Assembly (NCBI GenBank): GCA_902592655.1
Contig: CACJFE010000005.1
Span: forward strand, 10,726 to 74,725
Direction: 5' to 3'
From: an uncultured Pelagibacteraceae bacterium
GTDB lineage: Bacteria; Pseudomonadota; Alphaproteobacteria; Pelagibacterales; Pelagibacteraceae
Length of the DNA: 64,000 nucleotides
Shown: piece by piece, positions 1-9,512 of the stretch
Position numbering within the stretch: the first letter of the stretch is position 1
How the letters are laid out: every line of letters begins with the position of its first letter
Notes under the pieces: generated by a model
Seen by the model: the letters and a program-made list of their open reading frames with translations, nothing else
Databases searched by the model: none
Told to the model about the DNA's origin: nothing
Translations under genes and position numbers: made by a program

Positions 1-898
1 CGCAAATCTTTTTAGGTAGTAAAGGCATTGAAGAGCCACCTGGTATAACAGCTTGGAGATTTTCCCATCCACCAATTACACCTCCTGCATGTTTTTCTAT
101 TAGTTCACGAAGAGAGATGCCCATTTCTTCTTCGACATTACAAGGTGAATTAACATTTCCAGATATACAAAATATTTTTGTTCCAGTGTTTTTTGGTTTA
201 CCCAATGATGCAAACCACTTTCCACCTCTTCTTAAAATAGTTGGCACTACAGCAATAGTCTCAACATTATTTACAATAGTTGGACAGCCATACAGACCTA
301 CTAAAGCAGGGAAAGGAGGTTTTAACCTTGGTTGGCCTTTATTCCCCTCTATACTTTCTAATAAAGCAGTTTCTTCACCGCATATGTAGGCTCCAGCTCC
401 ATAATGTATATGAATGTCAAAATCCCAGTCCGATCCACAAGCATTTTTTCCTAAATATTTTTTTTCATATGCTTGATCAATTGCATTTTGTAATCTTTTA
501 CCTTCATTAAAATATTCTCCCCTAATATAGATGTAACAAACGTGAGCATTTACTGCGTAACCAGCTATTAAACAACCCTCTATTAATTTCTGGGGTTCAA
601 ATCTTAGTATATCTCTATCTTTACAAGTTCCAGGTTCAGACTCATCTGCATTAATTACTAGATAATGTGGTCTAGAACCAACTTCTTTTGGAGCAAAAGA
701 CCATTTAAGACCAGTGGAAAAACCTGCTCCTCCTCTTCCTCTTAGTTCAGAAGTTTTTATTTCGTTTATTATCCATTCTCTTCCTTTAGAGATTATATTT
801 TTAGTATCTTTCCAATCATCTCTTTTAATCGCGCTTTCAATTTCCCACCCATGATCATTGTAAAGATTTTTAAATATTTTGTTCTCTGGTTTAAGCAT
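1..898 (-). CDS. nuoF: NADH-quinone oxidoreductase subunit F (3' part outside window)
   Basis: Not in ORF track because it runs off the edge. ATG at 898 overlaps the nuoE stop. Translates [15 protein letters not shown]...[15 protein letters not shown]...[13 protein letters not shown], which are NuoF motifs. Confidence 0.96.
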   Translation of the reverse strand, partial: MLKPENKIFKNLYNDHGWEIESAIKRDDWKDTKNIISKGREWIINEIKTSELRGRGGAGFSTGLKWSFAPKEVGSRPHYLVINADESEPGTCKDRDILRFEPQKLIEGCLIAGYAVNAHVCYIYIRGEYFNEGKRLQNAIDQAYEKKYLGKNACGSDWDFDIHIHYGAGAYICGEETALLESIEGNKGQPRLKPPFPALVGLYGCPTIVNNVETIAVVPTILRRGGKWFASLGKPKNTGTKIFCISGNVNSPCNVEEEMGISLRELIEKHAGGVIGGWENLQAVIPGGSSMPLLPKKIC

Positions 899-1496
899 GA
901 TTTTCTCCATTAATTGACAGTTTTTTTTCCGGTGAAGTATTTTTACGCCCTCTATAAGATCCAGGTTTTAATGGCTTATTGTTAATGAGTGAACTTAAAA
1001 TCTCTTTGGTGCTTTTTTCATCTAAATCCTCATAGTAATCGTCATTAATTTGTATCATTGGAGCACTAACACATGCACCTAAACACTCGACTTCCATCCA
1101 TGAACAATTTCCATTTTTTGAAACCTCATTTTCATTAGGTGATATTACTTCTTTGCAAAGTTTGACAATTTTGTCAGCACCACGAATTAAGCATGGAGTT
1201 GTAGTACAAACTTGTACAAAATGATTTCCAACCGGTGCTAAGTTGTACATTGTATAAAATGTTGCAACTTCATAAACGGAGATATAAGGCATGGATAAGT
1301 AATTTGCGATATATTTCATAGCTGCTAACGGTATCCAGTTATTATTTTGTTTTTGAGCCAAATAAAGAAAAGGCATCACAGCGCTTTTTTTGTTTTTTTC
1401 TGGATATCTTTTCAAAATTTCTTCTGCTTTTTTTAAATTTTCACCCGAAAATTTAAAATCCTTTGGTTGTGAATCATGAACTTTTTTTAAACTCAT
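891..1496 (-). CDS. nuoE: NADH-quinone oxidoreductase subunit E
   Basis: [15 protein letters not shown] and ECLGAC [2Fe-2S] motifs; operon position. Confidence 0.97.
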   Translation of the reverse strand: MSLKKVHDSQPKDFKFSGENLKKAEEILKRYPEKNKKSAVMPFLYLAQKQNNNWIPLAAMKYIANYLSMPYISVYEVATFYTMYNLAPVGNHFVQVCTTTPCLIRGADKIVKLCKEVISPNENEVSKNGNCSWMEVECLGACVSAPMIQINDDYYEDLDEKSTKEILSSLINNKPLKPGSYRGRKNTSPEKKLSINGENHA

Positions 1497-2668
1497 CTGT
1501 CAACTTCTCCAAAAACAATATCTAAAGACCCTAGTACAGCTGGCACATCAGCAAGCATATGACCACGAATTAAATAATCCATCGCTTGAAGATGAGAAAA
1601 ACCTGGCGCTCTAATCTTGCATCTGTAAGGCTTATTACTTCCATCAGAAATCAGGTAAACTCCAAACTCCCCCTTTGGAGCTTCTACTGCAGTATACACT
1701 TCTCCTTTGGGCACTCTATACCCCTCGGTAAATAACTTAAAATGATGAATTAAAGCTTCCATGGATTGTTTTAGATCATCTCTTTTTGGAGGTGAAATTT
1801 TTCCGTCAATTGACTTGACGGGTCCTTTAGGAAGCTTTTCAATACATTGTAAAATTATTTTTACGCTCTCTCTCATCTCTTCTATTCTGCAGAGATAACG
1901 ATCGTAGCAATCACCGTTTTTACCAACTGGAATTTTAAAATCTAAGTCTTTATATATCTCATAAGGCTGAGATCTTCTTAAATCCCAGGGGACACCTGAA
2001 CCTCTTAACATTACTCCTGAAAAACTATGATCTAATGCCTCTTTTTTGGTTACTAATCCTATATCAACATTTCGTTGTTTAAAAATTCGATTATCAGTGA
2101 GCAAACTCTCCAAATCATCAATAATCTTAGGAAAAGATCTACAAAACTTTTCAATATCTTCAACTAATTTAGTAGGTATATCTTGGTGTACACCCCCGGT
2201 TCTAAAATAATTAGCATGAAGTCTTGAACCAGATGCCCTTTCATAGAATGTCATTAAAGTTTCTCTTTCCTCGAAGCCCCAAAGCGAGGGGGTTAATGCT
2301 CCAACATCTAATGCTTGAGTAGTAACATTTAATATATGACTTAGTATTCTACCAATCTCACAAAAAATAACTCTTATATACTTTGCACGTATCGGAACCT
2401 CAATTTCAAGTAATTTTTCCGCAGCTAAAGCGAAAGCATGCTCTTGATTCATTGGAGCGACATAATCCAGTCTATCAAAATAAGGTAGGGCTTGAGTGTA
2501 AGTTTTCTGTTCAATAAGTTTTTCAGTTCCTCTATGAAGCAATCCAATGTGAGGGTCTGCTTTTTCAACAACCTCTCCATCGAGTTCTAATATCAGTCTC
2601 AAAACACCGTGAGCTGCGGGGTGTTGAGGGCCAAAATTTAAATTTAATGATTTAGTTTTTTTTACCAT
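1493..2668 (-). CDS. nuoD: NADH-quinone oxidoreductase subunit D
   Basis: [16 protein letters not shown] and C-terminal DIVFGEVDR. Start moved to the ATG at 2668. Confidence 0.97.
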   Translation of the reverse strand: MVKKTKSLNLNFGPQHPAAHGVLRLILELDGEVVEKADPHIGLLHRGTEKLIEQKTYTQALPYFDRLDYVAPMNQEHAFALAAEKLLEIEVPIRAKYIRVIFCEIGRILSHILNVTTQALDVGALTPSLWGFEERETLMTFYERASGSRLHANYFRTGGVHQDIPTKLVEDIEKFCRSFPKIIDDLESLLTDNRIFKQRNVDIGLVTKKEALDHSFSGVMLRGSGVPWDLRRSQPYEIYKDLDFKIPVGKNGDCYDRYLCRIEEMRESVKIILQCIEKLPKGPVKSIDGKISPPKRDDLKQSMEALIHHFKLFTEGYRVPKGEVYTAVEAPKGEFGVYLISDGSNKPYRCKIRAPGFSHLQAMDYLIRGHMLADVPAVLGSLDIVFGEVDR

Positions 2669-3266
2669 CTTTTTCAAATTTATTAATTGTTTTTAAATAT
2701 TTTGTTCCTTCCCATGGGCTTTCAAAATCGAAATTTCTATAATTTTGCTCTAATTTAACTGGTTCATAGATAACTTTTTTTTCTTTTTCACTATATCTAA
2801 CTTCATTAAAACCAGTTAGAGGGAAATCTTTTCTTAATGGATGTCCTTTAAATCCATAATCTGTCAATATTCTTCTTAAATCTGGATGATTTTTAAACTT
2901 AATTCCATACATATCGAATACTTCTCTTTCCATCCAATTAGCTGATGGAAATATTTTTGTGATTGAATTAATAGTTTGATTGGTTTCAAATTTTATAGAA
3001 AGCTTAATTCTGTTGTTATTCTCATGAGATAATAAAAGGTATACAAGTTTAAAACGTTTTTCTTCGTCAGGATAATCTACCCCAGCGATATCAATTAATT
3101 GTCTAAATTTGCAATTCTCATCTGATTTTAAAAATTGAATCACCTCAATTAAATCATTCTCGTTAATTTCTATTAATAATTCATCGTATTCAATTGATGA
3201 ATTTTGAATCTTGCTAGAAAGTTCCGAATTAATTAATTTTTCTAAACTTATTAGACTTTTTGACAT
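2652..3266 (-). CDS. nuoC: NADH-quinone oxidoreductase subunit C
   Basis: [12 protein letters not shown]...[24 protein letters not shown]. Confidence 0.97.
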   Translation of the reverse strand: MSKSLISLEKLINSELSSKIQNSSIEYDELLIEINENDLIEVIQFLKSDENCKFRQLIDIAGVDYPDEEKRFKLVYLLLSHENNNRIKLSIKFETNQTINSITKIFPSANWMEREVFDMYGIKFKNHPDLRRILTDYGFKGHPLRKDFPLTGFNEVRYSEKEKKVIYEPVKLEQNYRNFDFESPWEGTKYLKTINKFEKDGKKN

Positions 3267-3269
3267 AAA

Positions 3270-3806
3270 TTATCTCTGTAAGTTTCCTTCTCTTCTGATT
3301 TTTTTTTGTAATTGTAAGATGCCATAAAGTAGTGCTTCGGCAGAAGGAGGACAGCCTGGGATATAAATATCTACTGGCACGATTTTATCACAACCTCTAA
3401 CAACAGAATATGAGTAATGATAATAACCTCCTCCATTAGCACAACTACCCATTGATACTACGTATCTAGGTTCTGGCATTTGATCATAGACTTTTCTTAA
3501 AGCTGGAGCCATTTTATTAGTTAATGTTCCAGCAACAATCATTACATCGGATTGTCTTGGTGATGCTCTAGGAGCTGCTCCAAATCTTTCTAAATCATAT
3601 CTTGGCATTGAAGTCTGCATCATCTCAACAGCGCAACACGCTAAACCAAATGTCATCCAGTGTAATGATCCTGTTCTAGCCCAATTAATTAAATTTTCAG
3701 ATGAAGTTGTTATAAAACCTTTTTCCGCAAAATCTTTTGCTAAATCTTTAAATTCTTCAGGTATCTGTTTTTGTTTGTCCGCGTTAAGATCAAATTTTAC
3801 TCCCAT
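3270..3806 (-). CDS. nuoB: NADH-quinone oxidoreductase subunit B
   Basis: [25 protein letters not shown]. Likely ATG at 3806 overlapping the nuoA end. Confidence 0.97.
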   Translation of the reverse strand: MGVKFDLNADKQKQIPEEFKDLAKDFAEKGFITTSSENLINWARTGSLHWMTFGLACCAVEMMQTSMPRYDLERFGAAPRASPRQSDVMIVAGTLTNKMAPALRKVYDQMPEPRYVVSMGSCANGGGYYHYSYSVVRGCDKIVPVDIYIPGCPPSAEALLYGILQLQKKIRREGNLQR

Positions 3807-4165
3807 TCTAAAGCTCCTTTTTTCCACTCATATATAAAACCAATGGTTAAAATTGCTAAAAAGATCATCATAGACCAAAAGCCAAGAGCGCCTAGACTGC
3901 CAAGAGATATTGCCCAAGGAAAAAGGAATGCGATTTCTAAATCAAAAATGATAAATAATATTGCCACTAGATAAAATCTTACGTCAAACTCCATTCTAGA
4001 GTCATCAAAAGCATCAAATCCACATTCATAAGCAGATAATTTTTCTGGATCTGGATTAGAAGGGGACGCTAAAAAATTTGCTAATATAAATCCTATACTC
4101 AAAAATAGAGCAATAAATAAGAAAATTATTATTGAGAGATAATCTGTTAAAAAGTTATAAATCAT
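3797..4165 (-). CDS. nuoA: NADH-quinone oxidoreductase subunit A
   Basis: [32 protein letters not shown]. Confidence 0.97.
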   Translation of the reverse strand: MIYNFLTDYLSIIIFLFIALFLSIGFILANFLASPSNPDPEKLSAYECGFDAFDDSRMEFDVRFYLVAILFIIFDLEIAFLFPWAISLGSLGALGFWSMMIFLAILTIGFIYEWKKGALEWE

Positions 4166-4309
4166 TTTGTTTATTAATACCTACTTCAATACCGTAGTTT
4201 GAAGATTCTTATATTAATGATTGTCTTTTATAGCATTTATTTTTAAAGAGTACAGGACAGAAGGAAGCATTTTTGTTGACTAATAAATGTTGATTTATAA
4301 CTTTTTAGA

Positions 4310-4324
4310 TGAAAATCATTATCA
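4310..4324. promoter_or_regulatory. Fur-box-like site upstream of the nuo operon
   Basis: TGAAAAT-C-ATTATCA matches the 7-1-7 Fur consensus TGATAAT-N-ATTATCA with one mismatch. Intergenic, about 145 bp upstream of nuoA. Confidence 0.4.
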
Positions 4325-4329
4325 ACTAG

Positions 4330-4407
4330 TGGCGGGAGTGACGGGACTCGAACCCGCGACCTCCTGCGTGACAGGCAGGCGCTCTAACCAAACTGAGCTA
4401 CACCCCC
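4330..4407 (-). tRNA. tRNA-Asp(GTC)
   Basis: Reverse complement GGGGGTGTAGCTCAG...CCTGCCTGTCACGCAGG...GGTTCGAGTCC...CACTCCCGCCA; cloverleaf with encoded CCA. Confidence 0.97.
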
Positions 4408-4416
4408 GAGGGCTTT

Positions 4417-4492
4417 TGGTGGGCGGTAAAGGACTCGAACCTATGACCCTCTCGGTGTAAACGAGATGCTCTACCAACTGAGCTAACCGCCC
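4417..4492 (-). tRNA. tRNA-Val(TAC)
   Basis: Reverse complement GGGCGGTTAGCTCAG...TCTCGTTTACACCGAGA...GGTTCGAGTCC...ACCGCCCACCA. Confidence 0.97.
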
Positions 4493-4592
4493 AAATTAAA
4501 TAAAATCGAGATATACAATAAAAACTTTATAAAGTAAAAAAGTATTTAATTTCTAGTGTAATTTATATAAATAGCAGTATTATTGTAAATCT

Positions 4593-5126
4593 ATGATTAT
4601 AACTTGTAACTGTGGTGAAAAGAAATTTACGCTTCCAGATAATTCCATACCTGCAGCTGGAAGAATGGTTCAGTGTGGTTTTTGTGGATTAAAATGGAAA
4701 CAATTCCCTGTGGGAGATGTGGAAAAAACACAATCAATCGCTCGTCCAAAAAAGGTGGTTTCAAGAACTCAGCCTGTCCAACCAAAAATACAAAAACCAA
4801 AAAAAATAAAAAGGACTGCTCCAAAACAAACAAGAGAAATCAGTTTGTACTCACCTGAATATTTAGCAAAAAAGCATGGTATCAAAATCAACGACGCACA
4901 GCCTGAAAAAAAAATTAACAAACAGGAAAAAAGTAAAGTTTCTTTTGGATTTTATAATTCACTACTTGTATTTATTTTCTTTGTGATAACTTTGTCGCGT
5001 ATTTTATATTTTTCACAGGAATTTATAATAACAAACATACCAGCATCTGAATATTATTTAAACTATTTCTTTGAAAGTATTAGAAATATTTTTGAAATTT
5101 GGAAGAGTCTAATTATTAATTACTAA
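4593..5126 (+). CDS. MJ0042-type zinc-ribbon protein with Lys/Pro-rich linker and C-terminal TM segment
   Basis: MIITCNC...IPAAGRMVQCGFCGLKW resembles the MJ0042/zinc_ribbon_4 pattern. Hydrophobic segment FYNSLLVFIFFVITLSRILYF. Confidence 0.75.
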   Translation: MIITCNCGEKKFTLPDNSIPAAGRMVQCGFCGLKWKQFPVGDVEKTQSIARPKKVVSRTQPVQPKIQKPKKIKRTAPKQTREISLYSPEYLAKKHGIKINDAQPEKKINKQEKSKVSFGFYNSLLVFIFFVITLSRILYFSQEFIITNIPASEYYLNYFFESIRNIFEIWKSLIINY

Positions 5127-7665
5127 GCTCTAGATCTTTAATATTTATAAAACTTTCTGATAAGTGAGAGTTATTTTTTTTAATATCATTATAAAAATTC
5201 CATGCTAAAACAACTAGTGTATTTTTCTTATTTTTAATTTTAGATTTATCTTTAATAGGTATTTTCATTCCAGGTATAAATTTGTTATGTTTTAATTTAT
5301 TATCTTCGACTATAAAATCAATTTCTTTTGAAATTCCAAAAAAATTGAGTGCAGTTGTCGCTTTTGCAGGAGCTCCGTAGCCAATAATTATATTATTATT
5401 ATTTTTTAGTTTTTTAATATTTTTTCTTACATTTTCCCTGATTTTATAAACTTTTTCTCCAAATTCTTTATAAGTTCCAAAATTTTTAATTCCAAATTTA
5501 TCTTCTTCTTTGAGCATTTGTTTTACTGATTGTTCAACTTTTACTTTTTTATCCTTTTTAATATAAACTCTTATTGAGCCTCCATGAGTATTTACTTTTT
5601 CTGATCTAAATATTTTTCCGTTTAATCGGTTAAAAAAATTAACTAAAGAGGTAAGTGACCAATAGTTATAATGCTCATGATAAATGTTATCAAAAGTAAG
5701 GTCTTTCAAAGTATTCATTAAATACTGTACCTCTATAACTATAGTTCCTTTTTTACTTAATAGTTTAAACATACATTCAGCCATCTCGTTTAGTTTATCT
5801 GAATGAGCAAAAACATTTGAGGCTAGAATTAGATCTGCATTTTTTTTTAAATTTTTTATATTTTTTTTATTCAAAAAACCGTTGAAAGTTTTAATCTTGT
5901 TTTTATTAGCCAATTTAGCTAAATTTTTCGCTGGCTCAATTCCAAGAATTTTCTTAAAGCCTTGATCTAGAAAAGGTTTTAATGCAACTCCATCATTGCT
6001 GCCTATATCAATTATATAAGATTTTTTTTTATTTAACTTAAAATCTTTAATATATTTTTTCGAGGCTTTTACAAAGTGATCTCTAAATACTTTAGAGGTA
6101 GAAGAAGTGTATAAATAATTAGAAAACATTTTTTTTGGATTAACTGCAACTGATAATTGGCAATTATGACATCTATCACAATAATTCATCTCTAATGGAT
6201 ATAATTCACATTTCTCATTCTCTTTTTTTAAAAGATTATTTGCAAGAGGTTGATAACCAAGTGATACAACTCTTTTTAAATTTGTATTACCACAGGATCT
6301 ACAATCAAACTTATAACATTCTAACAATAAATTCTTTTCTTCTTCATCTACGAATAGGTGTTTAATAGTATGAGTGATGCCATAGTTGTCATGCTCTCTT
6401 TCTCCACGTACCAAATTTAAAAATGTAGTATCCTTTGTGAAGACCATAGTATGCGCAACATTAGGTTTTATTATTGATAACTGTCCTTCGTTAACCACTT
6501 GAGTTATTTTTGGTGAATTAGGATTTAAAATATCTTTATATATTTCTATAATTTGACCCTTTGTGAATAAACATTTTTGTTCTTGTTGAGGATGATAGTG
6601 GTTGGCTCTAATAGTTCCTTTTTTTGAGTTAATTAAACCAATTAAATTAATTGGTTCTGTCAACTCGTGATTACTAATTTTACCTCTAGTGTCTACATAT
6701 TCATTTTCTCCATTTTTAACGAATTCAAGATCTTTTATTAAATCTTGCTTCGACCATTTAAATATCATTTCACTAAGACTTTGATTGATATTGTAAAGAA
6801 ATTTAAATCCTGTATTTAAAAGTTTTTTATTAGATAGAGAAAAACCTAAATTTGGTATTTCATTATTTGTTTCTATAATAGATACTTTTGGGTTGATAGT
6901 TTTGCAGATTAGCGCAACTTCTTTTACAGTTTTCGCATCCTTAGTAAGATTAAAAACTTGAGATGCAATATCTTCTCTTTCTTCCATAAACTTAAAACAC
7001 CTAGCAACATCAATCAAAGGTACTAAGCTTTTAATTTGTCTTCCTCCAGCAAATAATCTTAAAGTGCTATTTTGAGAAGTTGCTTTGGCAAAAAAGTTAA
7101 CCATAATATCTGTTCTGGTATTATCGTGAGAGTAGCCGTAAACAGAACCTAATCTTAAAATAATATAATTTTTACCTGATTGTTTTAATTGATTTTCATT
7201 AATAAATTTCGAATTACCATATGAGAGCATTGGTTTAGCTGGTTCATCTTCCTCTATATTTTTAGAAACTTTTTCTAAACCTTCGTAAATAACATGAGTT
7301 GATGGCATAATAATTTTACAATCATTACTCATAGCATCTAAAATATTCTTTGTGCCGACTTCGGCTATTTCTTTTATAAGTTCATCTTGAGAATTATTGC
7401 TCTCACTTTTTACCCTTGGAACATCTGTTATACCGGCTAAGTGATGAATTACATCTGCGTTTTTACAGATGTCGTTTATTGTTTTAACATCTCTGATATC
7501 GCCATGTATAAAATTCATATTCCATTTTCTTAATTGATTTACTCTTTCAGAACTGAATTTATTATCAATGACAGTAATTTTGTCGTTCCAGCTATAGCCT
7601 GAATATATTTTACAAAGTTCAAAACCTATGTAACCAAGACCACCTGTTATTACTATTTTTTTCAT
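5116..7665 (-). CDS. Fusion of NAD-dependent epimerase/reductase (SDR), sugar-nucleotide cupin and NDP-hexose C-methyltransferase
   Basis: aa 1-~305: TGGLGYIG, HLAG, YGNSK. aa ~320-435: DTRG, RANHYH...E...PNVAH. aa ~455-849: CRSC...CDRC, YLYTSS, IDIGSNDG, GIEPA, NVFAH, FDNIYHEH, HGGSIR, GYGAPAKATT, LAWNF. Confidence 0.85.
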   Translation of the reverse strand: MKKIVITGGLGYIGFELCKIYSGYSWNDKITVIDNKFSSERVNQLRKWNMNFIHGDIRDVKTINDICKNADVIHHLAGITDVPRVKSESNNSQDELIKEIAEVGTKNILDAMSNDCKIIMPSTHVIYEGLEKVSKNIEEDEPAKPMLSYGNSKFINENQLKQSGKNYIILRLGSVYGYSHDNTRTDIMVNFFAKATSQNSTLRLFAGGRQIKSLVPLIDVARCFKFMEEREDIASQVFNLTKDAKTVKEVALICKTINPKVSIIETNNEIPNLGFSLSNKKLLNTGFKFLYNINQSLSEMIFKWSKQDLIKDLEFVKNGENEYVDTRGKISNHELTEPINLIGLINSKKGTIRANHYHPQQEQKCLFTKGQIIEIYKDILNPNSPKITQVVNEGQLSIIKPNVAHTMVFTKDTTFLNLVRGEREHDNYGITHTIKHLFVDEEEKNLLLECYKFDCRSCGNTNLKRVVSLGYQPLANNLLKKENEKCELYPLEMNYCDRCHNCQLSVAVNPKKMFSNYLYTSSTSKVFRDHFVKASKKYIKDFKLNKKKSYIIDIGSNDGVALKPFLDQGFKKILGIEPAKNLAKLANKNKIKTFNGFLNKKNIKNLKKNADLILASNVFAHSDKLNEMAECMFKLLSKKGTIVIEVQYLMNTLKDLTFDNIYHEHYNYWSLTSLVNFFNRLNGKIFRSEKVNTHGGSIRVYIKKDKKVKVEQSVKQMLKEEDKFGIKNFGTYKEFGEKVYKIRENVRKNIKKLKNNNNIIIGYGAPAKATTALNFFGISKEIDFIVEDNKLKHNKFIPGMKIPIKDKSKIKNKKNTLVVLAWNFYNDIKKNNSHLSESFINIKDLELSN

Positions 7666-7714
7666 TTATAATGTATATAGTAAAATTTATTTTTAAAAAA
7701 GAGAGTAAAGATTT

Positions 7715-8605
7715 ATGAAGATTTATGATTGCTTCTTGTTTCACGATGAATCAATGCTTTTAGACTTAAGATTTAACGTTTTAAATGATTATGTAGATAA
7801 ATTTGTAATTACCGAGTCAACATACCTTCATAACGGTTTACCTAAAAAGCTTAATTTTAATATTTCAAATTTTTCAAAATTTAAAAAAAAGATTGAGTAT
7901 ATTGTTGTTAAAGATTTACCACCTAACTTGGTTTCATCTAAGAAAAACAAAATATCCGAAAGTGAGGAAAAACTAATTAATGGACAATTAAGAGAAGTTT
8001 ACCAAAGAGAAAAATTATTAGAAGGTTTAAAAGAAGCTGATAAAGATGACTTAATCATCATTAGTGACTCGGACGAAATACCAAATTTAAAAGATTTAAG
8101 GGAACAAAAAATTGGAGATGAAATTCTTATCTTTAAACAAAAAATGTTTTACTACAAATTTGATTTATACTATCAGAATTATGATTGGTTTGGTTCTAAA
8201 GCTACTAAAAAGAAAAACTTTATATCTCCTCAATGGATAAGGAGTATTAAAAATAAATCATATCCGATTTGGCGATTAGATATTTTATTTGATAGAAAGA
8301 GATATAATAATATTAGATTCATAAATAATGGTGGTTGGCATTTTACTTGCATAAAAAAACCTGAGGATGTCCATAAAAAATTGTTAGCCTACTCTCATCA
8401 CCACGATTACGAGAGCGCTAAATTATCTATTAAAGATTTACAAGATAGAATGAAAAGTAAAAAAGCGCTATATGATCATAGGCAAGATAAAACTAGTACT
8501 AGTAAATGGATCAGTGAAGAGGAATTAAAAACTATTGATCATAAATTTTTGCCAGAATACCTAATTCTTAATAAGGTAAAATACAAAGACTGGTTAGAAA
8601 ATTAA
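7715..8605 (+). CDS. Glycosyltransferase family 17 (GnT-III-like) protein, paralog A
   Basis: MKIYDCF, E..LLDLR, VDKFVITES, QRE, IISDSDEIP (DxD), GGWHF. Confidence 0.85.
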   Translation: MKIYDCFLFHDESMLLDLRFNVLNDYVDKFVITESTYLHNGLPKKLNFNISNFSKFKKKIEYIVVKDLPPNLVSSKKNKISESEEKLINGQLREVYQREKLLEGLKEADKDDLIIISDSDEIPNLKDLREQKIGDEILIFKQKMFYYKFDLYYQNYDWFGSKATKKKNFISPQWIRSIKNKSYPIWRLDILFDRKRYNNIRFINNGGWHFTCIKKPEDVHKKLLAYSHHHDYESAKLSIKDLQDRMKSKKALYDHRQDKTSTSKWISEEELKTIDHKFLPEYLILNKVKYKDWLEN

Positions 8606-9492
8606 TTTTTATCTATCCATTCAGAATATTTAATTAAATTATTTTGAAGATATTTCGGTAGATATTCCAACTCCAACCTTTCTAATGTTTCATTATTTTC
8701 AAACTTATTTTTTGTTCTTTGATCTGCTTTGTAGTTATAAATTAATTTTCTATTCTTTATTAAATCTGTAATTTTGTTAACCCCTATGGGATTCAAATCA
8801 TATTCTATATGATGTCTAATAGACTTTAATTTTTTCTCTACACCAATAGGATCTTTTAAATAAGAAAAATGCCATCCTCCGTTATCTACGAATTTTATAT
8901 TTCTGTATTTGTTCTTTGAGAAGAACGTATCTAGTCTCCAGAAGGGATAGATCTTACTTTTAATATTTCTAAGCCATTGTGGACTGATCAAATTTTTTTT
9001 TTTTATTAATCTAGATCCATACCAATCCATAGAAGTAAATAAATTAAATTTATAACAACAAAAAATTTGGTTAAAAAAAATCATTTGGTTTTTGATATTA
9101 TTAAGATCCAATTTTCCAAGATCTGGTATTTCATCAACATCGGAGATTATAATTAAATCCTCTCCATTTGCGTTTTTAAGACCTTTGGCTATTGAATTCC
9201 GTTGATAAAACTCTCTTAGATTACCATTAAGTATTATTTTTTCTGATATTTTACTATCATCCTTATGTATTTTGCTAAGGTTATTAGGTTCATTTTCTAA
9301 TAAAATATATATTATCTTATCTCTAAATTTAGAAAATTTTTTTATGTCAAATGTTGGTTTTCTTTTTTCACCTCTGTGACTAAATTTACTTTCAACTATT
9401 ACAAATTTGTCAACAAATCTATTTAAACAGTTTAATCTTAAATCTAGTAATAATTCTTCATCAAAATAAAGAAAACAATCATAAATTTTCAT
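8602..9492 (-). CDS. Glycosyltransferase family 17 (GnT-III-like) protein, paralog B
   Basis: MKIYDCF, VDKFVIVES, YQRN, IISDVDEIP, GGWHFSY. Confidence 0.85.
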   Translation of the reverse strand: MKIYDCFLYFDEELLLDLRLNCLNRFVDKFVIVESKFSHRGEKRKPTFDIKKFSKFRDKIIYILLENEPNNLSKIHKDDSKISEKIILNGNLREFYQRNSIAKGLKNANGEDLIIISDVDEIPDLGKLDLNNIKNQMIFFNQIFCCYKFNLFTSMDWYGSRLIKKKNLISPQWLRNIKSKIYPFWRLDTFFSKNKYRNIKFVDNGGWHFSYLKDPIGVEKKLKSIRHHIEYDLNPIGVNKITDLIKNRKLIYNYKADQRTKNKFENNETLERLELEYLPKYLQNNLIKYSEWIDKN

Positions 9493-9512
9493 TTTAAAGA
9501 AGAATTTAATTT

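Noticed and set aside
117-510. Two short + strand ORFs (90 and 76 aa)
   Set aside because: They are antisense shadows of nuoF, which the ORF track missed because it is truncated by the window edge.
4330-9512. Prophage or integrative element at the tRNA-Val/Asp locus
   Set aside because: No integrase, no att-like repeat of the tRNA 3' ends, and the cassette lies 5' of the tRNAs.
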